Below are positions 12,225 to 25,751 of a DNA stretch of 64,000 nt, one piece after another; position 1 is the first letter of the stretch, and each line of letters opens with the position of its first letter. Under the pieces are notes generated by a model. The model saw nothing but the letters and a program-made list of their open reading frames with translations. It was not told where the DNA came from and did not search any database. This DNA is from Octopus vulgaris (lineage: Eukaryota): the NCBI GenBank assembly GCA_951406725.2, contig OX597824.1, forward strand, positions 2,976,001 to 3,040,000, in the 5' to 3' direction. The translations under genes were made by a program, and so were the position numbers.

Positions 12225-14745
12225 GAATTCTGTTCAACTGACCCGTAGTTACCACAGCGAGGATTGTGACACAGATCATTCACTAATAAGAAGCACGGTG
12301 AGGATTCTGCCTAAAAAGTCTATCACTCCAAGAAAATGGGCCGACCACGCATTAACACTGCCAGAACCTCGGACCCTACACTGCGACAATCTTTTGCTGT
12401 TTCTATCAAGGTTGCCCTCAGTAGCTGCCCAACCTCCTCTGCTGAAAGTAGGTGGAATTATTTCAGGGAAGTTTTGTATACCACATCAATAGATACTTTC
12501 GGCATGAGAGAAAGGCAAAACTCAGATTTTGTTCAATGCTGGTCTCTCAGAGCTGGAAACAGTTATCGAAGCAAAGCGTGCAGCTCTGATGCAATACAAG
12601 AGTGATTCTTCAACAAAGTCACTCGAAGAACTCAGAAAGGCAAGAAATATAACCCAACTGATTGCCAGACGCTGTGCAAATAGGTATTGGCAGGACATCT
12701 GTCAGAGTATCCAGTTAGCTGCTGACAGTGGGATGTGTGCCGGTTTGAAGAAGGCCCTCGGTTCATCCGCAACCAAGTCAGCCCCTCTGAAATCAGCTAC
12801 TGGAGATCTCATCAGGGATCAAAGCAAGCAAATGGATAGATGGGTGGAGCACTACCAGGATCTCTACTCACGGGAGACCACGATAGCTGAGGCTGCAATT
12901 GAGGGTGTCAAGATCTTGCCAGTCATTTGTGAACTTGACAGTCTGCCATCTATAGCAGAGCTCACTAAAGCTATTGACTCCCTAACAAGTAACAAGGCTC
13001 CGGGAAAAGACGGCATCCCCTTAGAGATCATCAAAACCAGCAAAAACACCATCCTGCTTCGGCACATTCATGAGCTTCTGTGTCAGTGCTGGGAATAGGG
13101 TACAGTCCCTCGGGATATGCAGGATGCTAACATCATTACGCTTTACAAAAACAAAGGTGACCGTGGTGATTGTCACAATTACCGTGGAATATCTCTTCTA
13201 AGCACTGTTGGAAAGGCTTCTGCTCGCATTATCCTGCCCAGACTACAACTGCTTGCTTCTCGAATTTATCCAGAATCGCAGTGTGGCTTTAGAAGAAGCA
13301 GATCAACTATTGACATGATATTCTCCATACGCCAACTTCAGGAGAAGTCCTGAGAGCAGAAAATGCCATCATATATGACCTTCATTGATCTGACAAAGGC
13401 CTTTGACATCGTAAATAGAAAAGGCCTCTTCATCCTGCTCCAAAAAATTGGATGTCCACCAAAGCTGCTGAGGATCATCAAATCTTTCCATGATGATATA
13501 CAAGGCACCATACAGCACAATGGTTCAACATCAGCAGCCTTCCAAATAAAAAATGGGGTAAAGCAAGGTTGTGTCCTTGCTCCTACATTATTTGGCATCT
13601 TCTCGCTGCTGGTGTCACATGCCTTTGATACATCAGATGATGGAGTGTTTCTGCACAGGAGAATTGATGGGAAACTGTTCAATCTCTCGCGTCTGCGTGC
13701 CTAGACCAAAATCAGAAGCGTCCTGATCAAGGAGATGCTATTTGCTGATGATGCCGCTCTAGTATCACACACAGAAAAAGCCCTACAAAGACTCATCAAC
13801 TGTTTTGAGCAAGTATGTAGCGACTTTGGCTTAGTTATCAGCCTCGAGAAGATCAACATCATGGTTCAGGCTACATCGGACATCCCAAACATACATATTG
13901 GAGACCACAGTCTACAGGAGGTGGAGAGGTTTACCTATCTTGGCTTTACCGTCACCTACAACCTATCCCTTGATGCTGAGCTCAATATACTCATTGGCAA
14001 GGCAGCTGCTGCGATGGCCCAACTCTCCAAACGGGCATGGGACAACAATAAGCTGGCCAAGACCACAAAAATGAAGATTTACCAGGCATGTGTACTTAGA
14101 ACTCTACTGTATGGAAGGGAGACTTGGACGCCATACACACACCATACGACGCCATACGTCGCCTAAATATCTTTCACCTGCGCTGTCACCGGAAATTTCT
14201 TCGCATCAAATGGCAGAATCATGTCCCCGACAAAGATGTCCTCAAGCAAGCAGGAATAACAAGCATGTTTGCACTCCTCACACAAAGACGTATGAGATGG
14301 CTTAGACATGTTAGCCGTATGGAAGATGGCAGAATCCCCAAGAACATACTCTACGGAGAGCTTGCTAGGGGCACTAGGTCTGTGGGAAGACCGTTCTTAC
14401 GATACAAGGATGTTTGCAAAAGAGACATGAATGCCTGCAACATCAATATTACCAACTGGGAAGCAGTTGCCAGAAACCGTGGAGATTGGCGACGTACCGT
14501 AAAAGAGGGAACCCAAAGGAGTGACATAGAGGGAGAGGAGAAATGGAAAGACAAGAAAAGACGTCAACAAGAAAGTATAACATTGTAACCAGCCAGGCAA
14601 AGTCTTCGCTACATTTGCGGCACCTGCCAGAGGGAGTGTTTGTCCAGGATAGAACTATACAGCCACAGCAGGAAATGTATTAGGACATGAAATGTAAAAG
14701 CCGGACTAGACTATTTTATGCGCAACTCCATTGTCTCCCGAGTAT
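12225..14745 (+). mobile_element. RTE-clade (BovB-like) LINE, 5'-truncated, pseudogenised ORF (end of APE, RT, C-terminal Zn finger)
   Basis: DCDTDHSLIRS (APE end), KAPGKDGIP, YRGISLLS, PESQCGFR, FIDLTKAFD, GVKQGCVLAP, LFADD, FTYLG, RWLRHVSRM, CGTCQREC..HSRKC. Stops at 13096, 13351 and 13702; frameshifts near 12530 and 14150. Confidence 0.95.
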
Positions 14746-15289
14746 AACAGTTGAGCATTTTTTCTAATTCAATGGTACAAGAGTGTAACAGTTTGCTTTG
14801 ACATTCACTGACATTGTGATTTCTGCAATGTGGTGCATAAATTGTCAAGTAAATAAGAGGCATCTTTGCCTCCACTGATTCAGTTGCAAAGTGTTGAGAA
14901 AAGTTATTTGATTACAGACCTCCTTTCAGTAATTTTATTATCACTGGGTCACACATAGTCCCCACATGGTAACATTGATTTCAAGGCCTTCCCAGATGGG
15001 AGACTGGTTATTCAAAGACATTTATAGATTGTAAATTTATTCTGTCCAGTTACATATCGGTATAGTAGCCATTTCCAAACTCCAGAGGTGACACTTTAAT
15101 TTCTCCTTAGCCCTCACGTCACACAGTTGTAAATGTTGATTTCAGCTGGGTCACGCTCTTCCAATTCCTATAGCTTCGTAATGCATCTTACGGCTGTGCC
15201 TGTCACCTGGATGGTGAGGAATCCTACAATGGGAGTGGTAACGACTAGGGTAGGGTAACTGACTGCTTATTGTAATCATTCGTCTTTTG

Positions 15290-15795
<506 letters not shown>

Positions 15796-15802
15796 TATAC
15801 AT

Positions 15803-16620
15803 AAAGCACGAAATAGGACTAATAAATAGTCCGACAACTGATGAGAAGTTATCTTCTTTTGCTATTTTGTCCACTACTTTTCTCTCGTGTATTCACCTAT
15901 TTTTCATTCGTTAGTGATTTCCTGTACACAATTTGTTTCTTTTTTTTTTGTTTAATTCAATTATAATCAAACGCCACGCGGCCTTGACCACTCTAAGTTC
16001 TTATAATTTGGAAACTACACACTGTTTTCTTTCTTTCTCTCTATCCCACTTTGCTTCCCCTATCCGTCTTTCTTCCACTCCCTACTATCTGTCGTTCTGT
16101 CTCCTTTCTCCTCACTCCTTTTTGTTTCTGTCCCTCATCCTCTGTCTTGTCCCCCCCTTCTCCCTGCCTCTATTCTTCACACGTGACTGCAGGTCATTTC
16201 TCTTGTCTTTTCTGGACAAAGTGTCTACCGGGTTGGATATCATTATTCTTGGCTCTCGACATTTTTCTTCTACCATTTTCTCCTCTTCTAATTATTCTAT
16301 TTCTCCCAGCCGTTACCAATTACAATTCGACTTGGCACAACGGCCCTTAATGTTTGTCTTCGTCGATTGCATACTCTGTACGTTAACTTCGCCTTTGTTT
16401 GTTCGTTCGAAGCCCTAACTCTTCCTGATCTTTATATTTTTAAAATATCTGGATGCTGCTGTCGTATGAAGTTTCCCTATATTGTCGTTAAAAGCACGAA
16501 ATAGGAGTAATAAACAGACCGGCAGCTGATGAGAAGTTATCTTCTTTTGGTATTTTGTCCTCTACTTATCTCTTGTATGTTTACGTATTTTTCACTCCTT
16601 GGTGATTACCTGTACACAAT
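15803..16620 (+). repeat. Diverged ~130-bp direct repeat (15803-15932 / 16492-16620) around a pyrimidine-rich insert
   Basis: aaagcacgaaatagga.taataaa..ctgatgagaagttatcttctttt..cctgtacacaat is present twice. Confidence 0.7.
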
Positions 16621-16628
16621 GTGTATCT

Positions 16629-16664
<36 letters not shown>

Positions 16665-16672
<8 letters not shown>

Positions 16673-17075
16673 AGGGATATTAGCCAACTGAATATGGCTA
16701 GGGACAGGGCAGGGTGGTGGGGGTGTCACTGTTGCATTTAGCCCCAGGCGAACATCAACGTCACCAGATAGGCCGACGCCATCACGGCGTCCTCTATCTT
16801 GCAAAGGGAGATCATTCCCCAAGAAGCGGATACCACACACGGACCTAGGTTTCAAGACCACACGTTGATAATAGGCAATACACCTTGAAACCTAGGTCCG
16901 TGTGTGGTATCCGCTTCTTGGGGAATGATCTCCCTTTGCAAGATAGAGGACGCCGTGATGGCGTCGGCCTATCTGGTGACGTTGATGTTCGCCTGGGGCT
17001 AAATGCAACAGTGACACCCCCACCACCCTGCCCTGTCCCTAGCCATATTCAGTTGGCTAATATCCCTTATATTAT
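16665..17075. repeat. 192-bp perfect inverted repeat with 27-bp spacer
   Basis: 16665-16856 is the reverse complement of 16884-17075; the ORF track gives the same peptide on both strands. Confidence 0.97.
16857..16908 (+). ncRNA. Type I hammerhead-like ribozyme, U3-A8 core variant
   Basis: cacacg UUGAUAA u AGG caauaca CCU u GAAA C CUAG GUC^cgugug. Stem I 6 bp, palindromic stem III ACCUAGGU, GUC site ending at 16898. Confidence 0.65.
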
Positions 17076-17134
17076 GGAGCAGTCACTGTCTATATCTCAT
17101 TTAGAGAATTATTATTGCTATATATATATATATA

Positions 17135-17650
17135 CTAGCAGTATCGCCCGGCGTTGCTCGGGTTTGTAAGGGAAATAACTATATAAGCATTTTTAGAGAG
17201 TTACTTCCTTTATAGATGCTAATTCGGGCTTTCTTAGCCATTTCTGTTTTGGTGCCTTCAAGCCATGAAGTCGTTGTTCTAAAAGAACGCTGGTCTCCTT
17301 GACAACGCATTACGACGTTGATTTCCTTAAACTCCCTTCCCCACAGCTTCACGAGGGAGGGAAGAAGGGGGAGAAGCAAACACAGGTGCAGGTGTTTGAG
17401 CGTGGACGCCAACTCCGCCGCCATCGACACACGAAAAATTATGCATTAAAATGGAATAAAAAATGATGTTAAATTATTTTTAAAATCGTAGACTCATCGT
17501 AGACGCGCGCTAATACCCAGACGGGCTTGATATGAATCACGACTATAGAATACCCGAATTTGGTTAAACTGCACCGCAAAAGTGGGAGTAGTTAGGAATC
17601 TAAATCATAGGAGACAGACACTCACACAACTACAGTTTTATATATATAGA
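17135..17650 (-). mobile_element. Non-autonomous Helitron
   Basis: Minus strand starts TC(TATATATATAAAAC) and ends cccgagcaacgccggg-cgatactgCTAG between A and T; shares termini with 25333-25726. Confidence 0.8.
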
Positions 17651-17661
17651 TATATATATAC

Positions 17662-17710
<49 letters not shown>

Positions 17711-17713
17711 ATA

Positions 17714-17965
17714 TTTCGTTGCTTTCACGTTATTTCACGTTGCTCCAGTTCACTCAGCTGTAGAAATGAGTTGCGACGTCACTGGTGCCAAGCTGTATCG
17801 ATCTTTGTCTTTCCCTTGGATAACACTGGAGGCGTAGAGAGGGGAGGCTGGTATGCATGGGCGACTGCTGGTCTTCCATAAACAACCTTGCCCGGACTTG
17901 TGTCTAGGAGAGTTACTTTCTAGGTGCAATCCCATGGTCATTCATGACCGAAGGGGGTCTTTACC

Positions 17966-17970
<5 letters not shown>
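17714..17970 (+). mobile_element. SINE family C, 5'-truncated
   Basis: cgttgctccagttcactcagctgtagaaatgagttgcgacgtcactggtgcc matches the reverse complement of 52162-52497. Confidence 0.85.
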
Positions 17971-18009
<39 letters not shown>

Positions 18010-19339
18010 CATACATAATTACATACATACATATGTATGTTTATTTGTGCGTGTGTGTGTATGTTTACATATACATATATACATATATAAACACACACAT
18101 ACACAGAAAACAAGTTATCTACTTTTAGAATTAAAAAATATGTTTAAACTCATAAAAGCAAACTGAACTCACATAATTCTCTGCAACTCGTCTTTCTGAG
18201 ATCCGTTATGTCTTAGAACTGTCTATCACTTTTCTCTTTTTCTTAAGATCTAGGTTTCTTCAACTTAACAAATATCACAGAATCCACTTAAACATACAAA
18301 TGTATTTCTATGACCGTATCAATAACATCTCTGACACTGACTGTCACATGTTCTTATCTTTCTCTCCCGAAATCTTGACGTTCATGTTTTGAATATTTCC
18401 ATATCGGATACATGTAATTCTGGGTTTGTTAACATTTGTTCGCCAAGCATTGATCTATTAACAATGCTATATAAATATTGTACTCTGTCGTCTATTCAAC
18501 ACGTGCAGTCATAGTATTGCCTTGGGCTATAAAAGAGAACTCCACTGGCTTTCTATTGATCAAAGAAAACATTCAAATTCATATTAATGGTATATCGATG
18601 TTTTCATGCAAGCGCTCACATTGCTATTCTATTTCTAACCTTCTTTATTGAAAAGATTGATCAAGTCTTTCACTTCACGTAACATAACATAATTTTTGGA
18701 AACTGCAAATATAATGACATGACATGACATTTCCCTATTCTGCCCCATGATATTTAAATGTCTTTCCTGTTTGTTTAGTTTATTTGATCTCTCCTTATGT
18801 TGCACCAGGCACTTGTTATTTTATTATCTCCATTCCTTCTCTGTAAAGAATCAATCGCTTCAATCACTCCGCTTTGATACATATTGAACTGTCATTTATT
18901 ATACCTTCTTATTCTGTTTGTAGTATTATATACTTTCTTTTTTATTCCCCCGCCACCCCTCTGCAGTCCAGTCCAAGTCTGTTGAACGATAAAATCAGTT
19001 GAGCTTCAAGAGGCCGTGGTATTTAGTTAAGTCTCTTTAAACTTTTGCGTTCGAATTTAACTCGGGTTCATTTTGGTAACCATCGACCACTGGAGCAAAA
19101 TAATTCGATTATATTTTGTGATGGAAATTCGCAGCCTTGTGTCTATGTAATAGAATTATATTTGAAGGCGGAAATGTAATAGATATTTGTAGAGTACCGG
19201 GTTTAATATCCTACTGCATTTTAATATTTTCAAGCTCTGAGTTCAAATTTTAGTAAAACCAACTTTCCCTTTGTTTCAATATAATAAATGAAATACCCAG
19301 ACGTCCTACACAATCTACTTCATTCGGCATTCATATCGG

Positions 19340-19730
19340 TTTCTTTACTACCCACAAGGGGCTAAACACAGAGAAGACAAACAAGGACAGACAAACGGAT
19401 AAAGTCGATTATATAGCCCCCAGTGCGTAACTTGTACTTAATTTATCGACCTCGAAAGGATGAAAGGCAAAGTCGACCTCGGCAGAATTTGAACTCACAA
19501 CGTAACGGCGGACGAAATACCTATTTCTTTACTACCCACAAGGGGCTAAACACTGAGAGGACAAACAAGGACAGACAAACGGATTAAGTCGATTATATCG
19601 CCCCCAGTGCGTAACTGATTTATCGACCCCGAAAGAATGAAAGGCGGAATTTGAACTCATAACGTAGCGGCAGACGAAATACCGCAAAGCATTTCGCCCG
19701 AAGAGCTAACCATTCTGCCAGCTCGCCGCC
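19340..19730 (-). mobile_element. SINE family A with tandem partial duplication (19522-19730 full; 19340-19521 headless)
   Basis: Two body/tail units inside a single TSD, cggcattcatatcg (19325-19338 / 19735-19748). Confidence 0.88.
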
Positions 19731-20117
19731 TTTCCGGCATTCATATCGAAGCAGTTGTCTACCCCCTCATACCAAAATGTGTAGCTTTGCACTAATATGA
19801 GAAAATCTATATTTATACAACATTCATGTCATTAGTTTTGTTTAGGGAAAAGATAAGTAACTGCTTATATTGCAAGAGCTTAAAAAGCACTCATCTAGCA
19901 GACTCCTTTGAACCTCGGGAGTTCAGATCCCACCGAGATTAATTTTGCATTCCATCATTTCGGTTTCGGTAAATTTTAGTGTCATACATAAACTAAATTA
20001 ATTGTATCGAATAAGCGTCCCCATCAAAACTGCTGGTTTCATTTAATGTGTAAGTCATTAATTATAGGATTCTAAGGGAGAAACAATCTGTTCTCTTCCT
20101 CAGTAAACCGTTATATT

Positions 20118-20156
<39 letters not shown>

Positions 20157-20164
20157 GGGGGGGG

Positions 20165-20645
20165 AATTCACAAAAAATCAAAAGACGAAGACAGGTGCTG
20201 TAGACAACAAACATATGTATTAGTTTAGCGCTCGGGAAGTGAAAAGTCTTTAACGTTTCGAGCCTACGCTATTCCATAGAAAGGAACACGGAAAGAAACA
20301 AGGAGAGAAATTAAAGAATGTGCAGTGGCTAGCGATCTATCATGACGAATGCCGGACAGAAGGGTCACACAGGAGAGCTAGGGAGAAGGGCAGATAATAA
20401 AGTAGTAGGGATCCCAAAACGAAGGTGCGCGTGCGTGTGTGTAAGAGAGCAGGTATGTGCACGTGGAAGGGGGCTGATGACCTTGACGTGTGCGTGTGTG
20501 TGTGTTTAAGTGTGTGGATGATGGTCAGAGGCTGGGAAGTAGTCAGTGCTATTGTGTGTGTTTGGTGTGGGTGGCGGTGTTGGGATGTGGAGGAGGAGAG
20601 AGTGGGGAAAGCAAGGGTGGGGTGTGGGTTAGACTGAGCGTGGGG
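20165..20645 (-). mobile_element. PLE-type 3' region (family P1) with decayed minimal hammerhead at 20247-20284
   Basis: Homologous to 8905-9075 and 58077-58285; C-rich upstream part; (TA)n on both sides. Confidence 0.6.
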
Positions 20646-20681
20646 CTATATATATATGTACATGTACATATATATTTATAT

Positions 20682-20986
20682 ATCACCGTGACCGACCAGG
20701 CTATCAGATGTTGTTACACATCGCTGGTCACAATGCGCCTGGCATTGTCTTTTAGCCTTCAAATGACGCCACCCCGCTGGCTAAGCCAGCAGGCCAACAG
20801 TAGAAAGAGTGAGAGAAAGTTGTGGCGAAAGAGTACAGCAGGGATCGCCACCACCACCCTGCCGGAACCACGTAGAGCTTTAGGTGCTTTCGCTCAATAA
20901 ACACTCACAACGCCCGGTCTGGAAATCGAAGCCATGATCCTACGACCGCGAGTCCGCTGCCCTAACCACTAGGCCATTACGCCTCC
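20682..20986 (-). mobile_element. tRNA-derived SINE, family B (variant tail)
   Basis: Reverse complement of 36528-36830. Confidence 0.88.
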
Positions 20987-20987
20987 A

Positions 20988-21049
<62 letters not shown>

Positions 21050-21074
21050 CATACATATAACTCAATAGAATCAA

Positions 21075-21992
21075 AGTTTTACAGTGAAAAACTTCACGGG
21101 CTCTGGGTGTCGTGAGTAATACATAGGCCAAACCAAAAACAGTCTACGTCAAAGGATGGCTCTGATCCCAGATCAAAATTCGAGAATACAGAAAAATAGC
21201 ACTCAGCGAACACATAGACATTTGCATCACTAACAAACAACCGAGATTCAGAATTTTTTCTCTCTATAAATTCAGGGACGATGCAATCTATAATCAGCGC
21301 ATTGGTAGAGAGTCATATTTTATCACAACATATAAACCCCTTTTGAATTCGTCCTCCACAAATAACACTATTATAAAGGCCTTAGAATAATGCCCACTAA
21401 TGCCCACGCAAATATTAAATACGATATATTCCGAACAGTCTCTACCAATGAATTTATTCAGAAAAATTCCAATCACTACTATTACGACCACAACAGCTCA
21501 TTTTTAGGTCACTTGACCATTTAAGAGGATTTCACCAACATTCTACTACTGTCATACCACTCGCTCATTTTATTATTCTTTCTTCTTCGTTTCCTACTCC
21601 CTCTTCTTCTTCTTCTTCTTCTTCTTCTTCTTCTTCTTCTTCTTCTTCTTCTTCTTCTTCTTCTTCTTCTTCTTCTTCTTCTTCTTCTTCTCCGCCTCCT
21701 TTCTCAGCTACTACATCTGCTTAAACAATCAAAACCAAGAACTCATATCAAATATTCTTTCAGGACTACTACTACCTCCTACCTGCTACCAAGCCCTCAC
21801 AAGAGTAAAAAAGAGAGACTGTCAGACAAAAAACCCCTGAAATGTCCCTTGCATTTGAAAACTATGGAAATATTTTTAAAAAGCGTTTCCTTTGATTTTT
21901 CCTCAATTTAATTGTTTTTCATTCTTTACTCTAAGTTGAAATAATCGCAAAGACTGAAATCGGTTATACCTTGCATTTTCTACCTTGTCTTA
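21075..21992 (+). mobile_element. Penelope-like element 3' remnant (GIY-YIG C-terminus plus 3' UTR)
   Basis: SGCRE*YIGQTKNSLRQRMA..YRKIALSEHIDIC..RESYFITTYKPLLN; homologous to 29600-29990. Confidence 0.8.
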
Positions 21993-23390
21993 CATATCAA
22001 CTCGTGTGTTCCTTTTCAACCGTCTACACACACACACACAACACATATTGTTGTATTTCGGGATGAGCATTTTGTTGCCAAATAAACGCACGCACTATAT
22101 ATTTATTTTTTCACTCGTTCATTACTGTTCTTATTTTATTATTTTAAGTCGTGTCCATTGTCCCGAAATCTTTCGTCACACATCTGTGACCTCTTCAGCG
22201 ACACTTTTCGATTTCATGTGTGGTCTTGCTTCACTTACTCCATTCTGTGTGTATGTGTGCGTGAGTGTGTGTGTGTGTGTGTATGCGTGTGTGTGCGTGT
22301 GCGTATGCGTGTGTGTGTGTGTGTGTTTGCGTGCGTTCAGATGTTGAAGCTCTCTCCAGATCTTCGGACTCTACAATTGCACTCCTTCTCTCTATATCCT
22401 AAACAGACTACATGCAAGTTTCCAGAAAGCATATGTGTAAACCCTTTCCCTTTCATTTCACTGAAAGAAATCCTGTATCAGTTGCTGCAGAGTCCCAGGT
22501 CAGCTCTGATTGAGCTTATCTATAAAGAGAGGTTTTTCTAGTTACGACCATCCTTCTGTGTAATTCAATGATTTAAAATGGTAAGAAAATATTTCTGCTA
22601 TTTCTATTTAAAAACTGGGTCCCTAGAGATCGACAAGACCCTGAAATTTCGTTGAGCCATAAACAGGCTCCAGTTTTTGTGAAATTGGCCCTCATAGCCA
22701 TGTTATCAGCAACAAGCTAACCATCTATTCTCAAGATGTGACGATACTGGGCTCAGCCGATTTCCATAATATCATAGAATTATATACGGTCACTTCTTGT
22801 ACAAACTAAATCTGGTCGCTGTTGTTGCTGAACTCCAAATCAAGCCAGATTTAATTGGACAATGACCAAAGGGTTTCCTGTTGTGACCACCCCGTCTTCT
22901 AAGGTAGCTCGCTAAGTCTAAAATATTTAATATATATTAACTTTTTAGACTGGTATATGATTTGGGAAAGATTTGAGAGCGATTAGTTTGCTAATTTTAT
23001 TTTTGCCAATTCCAGAGACCACGTAGATGTAACATCGTGTAATTGATACCCGACTCCTAAACAGAAGTGTATACTGAGAGGAAATTGGAAAGTGTAAATA
23101 AAAGAATTTAATTAAACTTTAATATTCACAGCTGAACACGTCCAGCTTTGGAGTTTATATGAAACATTGTTTTAGCGTTTGCAATATCTCAAGATAACTC
23201 ACTTGTTTGTAGTAGTGAGGATGGTGAAGGCGACATTGATGACGTGTGCGAGTACAATGAGAATAGCGGTAATGGAAGAGGATGATGAAGCGAGGATGAT
23301 TACAGGGCTAATGAGGAAAAGCAATGAAGGTATGCTGGTATTGACAATGATAATGATGATTTAAAGATGACCATTATCACTATGGTAGTC

Positions 23391-23479
23391 AGCATCATCA
23401 TCAGCAGCATTATTATCATCACAGTTGTCGTTGTCGTCATCCTCCGCCTCCTCATCATCATCATCATCACCATCATCAT

Positions 23480-23538
<59 letters not shown>

Positions 23539-23542
23539 CCAC

Positions 23543-23583
<41 letters not shown>

Positions 23584-23703
23584 ACATCCTCAATGACATT
23601 ATTATAATCGTCTTTTAGCTATGAGCTACACTGAAGTATTGTCACTTAATATCCATTATTATTATTATTATTGTGATTATTATTATTATAATTTTTATTA
23701 TTA

Positions 23704-23745
<42 letters not shown>
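23391..23745. repeat. (ATC)n and (ATT)n microsatellites
   Basis: Direct read. Confidence 0.92.
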
Positions 23746-23747
<2 letters not shown>

Positions 23748-24209
23748 TATAATTGTTTGAAATTCTTATGTTCATAATCTCCTATTTGTGATATTTATTT
23801 CAAAGCAGTCAGAAAACTATCTTTCCTCTTCTCATTCGAGCATTTCGTAATTAAAAATATATTTTAATTCATTACAATTTAATCAATTTCACAGATGTTA
23901 CAAAACTATAATTCTCAGCGTCGCTCTTGCTTGAGCAAAAGTCACCATCTTTAAAACAATTTTTTAATTACAAAAGTTCATTAGTTCTTAGAATGGCTTA
24001 TATTCTTGTTTTCATGGAATACTTTAATTAACGTATTTTTAATATTTATAGAAATATTATATTCACTGGCGACCGAAATAAAATTTATAGACACACGCAC
24101 ACACACACACAGACACACACTCACACGCTCACACACATACACTCTCTCTCTCACACACAAAAATGTTTGTATATATGTGTGTGCGTGTATATATATATGT
24201 GTGTGTGTA

Positions 24210-24455
24210 TTTGCCCCAAAGAGTCCCTCTCAACACACGGCTATGATGCTTCCCCACTACTTCTACTCGTGATCAGAGATGCACATATCGTCAGTCACTA
24301 AGGGACATGCTCAATTGGTTAAGGTCAAACAACTGACAAGAAAATCTGTGGTATTGAGCAGAATATTTGCTGTAGCCTATCTTTTATACCAAGACAAACA
24401 ATGTACATGATAACACTTCCAATCAGTTAAGATCAGAAGCCATGAGAGCCACTAC
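24210..24455 (-). mobile_element. Interspersed repeat family E
   Basis: Overlaps 6884-7120 in inverted orientation. Confidence 0.6.
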
Positions 24456-24482
24456 CTTTATTATTATTATTATCATTATTAC

Positions 24483-24553
<71 letters not shown>

Positions 24554-24554
<1 letters not shown>

Positions 24555-25726
24555 CTCTTATTATAAAAGGCAGATTTTATCTGCCTCCCTTTGGGAGTTA
24601 TAGAAATCTACAATATAGGATTTCTTCAATTACAATTTACCTAGCAGTTTTAAGAGTACAATGCATCGCGTCATGCCAGGTCCAGTTTTTAAAATTTAAA
24701 CTCCAATTAAGCAAAATTTACAGAAAACTCACATTCTGGTGTGTGTGTCAAATGCTTTTCTTAGTCTGGTTTACACCACACGCAAACGCACACACACAGT
24801 GGGCAACGAATAAAATGAAAGTAAATGTAATATTTGTTTCTGTCTATCACGCTGATAGATACATGAGTAAAATGTATGGGAAGCTAACAGATAACAGTGA
24901 GTGAAAATGTTCTTGGAAGAGAGTAAATTAGCGACAGTGATTTGAGGAAGACTAAACTGAAACTATGAAACAGTGTTTATGTATAAACAGACGACACTTA
25001 TATAAACCCTTTCGTTACCAAACCGCCCGAATTTACCTATTCATATTTAAATGAGAATATCAGAGTAAATCTCTTTAGTACATTCGTGAAAACACGTATT
25101 ATACTTCGTAAACACTTCAAATACAGTTTTGTACAAAAATCGAAGTGTAATTTTAAGTCCGTGAATTATGGGAGATTTTTTTCCGAAATTTGTTCCTATT
25201 GTGTTTTCAAAATTTGTAATTCTGACAAAAAATGGATACGAATTTCATTATATCAAGCAGCGAGTCAGAATTCGAAGGATTTTCTACTGAAGACCTTCAT
25301 AAATCTAACTCTATGACTGAAAAAAAAAAGCATCTTTATATAAGAGTGAAGTTGTGTGTCTGTCCCCTTCGATTTACATTCGTAATTACTCCCACATTTT
25401 GCGGTGCAGTTTAACCAAAAGCGGGTATCTTATAGTCGTGATTCATATCGAGCCCTTCTGGGTATTAGCGCGCGTCTACGATGAGTCTACGATTTTAAAA
25501 AAATTTACCATCATATTTTTCCATTTTAATGCATTTTTTTTCGCTTTTATATAAGGGAAGTAACTCTCTAAAAATATCTACGATGTGTCAACGATTTTTA
25601 AAAAATTTACATTAATTTTTTTTCAATTTTTAATGCATTTTTTTTGCTATTTTTTGGCTATAACTCTAAAAATGCTTATATAGTTATTTCCCTTACAACC
25701 CGAGCAACGCCGGGCGATACTGCTAG
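24554..25726 (+). mobile_element. Composite non-autonomous Helitron inserted in (TTA)n
   Basis: A|TC start at 24554, a second TC-type 5' end at 25333 (homologous to the 17650 end), 3' hairpin cccgagcaacgccggg and CTAG|T at 25723-25727. Confidence 0.7.
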
Positions 25727-25751
25727 TTATTATTATTATTATTATTATTAT

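Noticed and set aside
13744-13752. CTGATGA motif
   Set aside because: It is the FADD codons of the RTE reverse transcriptase, with no downstream GAAA/NUH fold.
14760-15230. Possible decayed LINE ORF on the minus strand
   Set aside because: No diagnostic motif readable; left unannotated.
16631-17169. Identical peptides on both strands
   Set aside because: A by-product of the palindrome; no recognisable protein, non-ATG starts.
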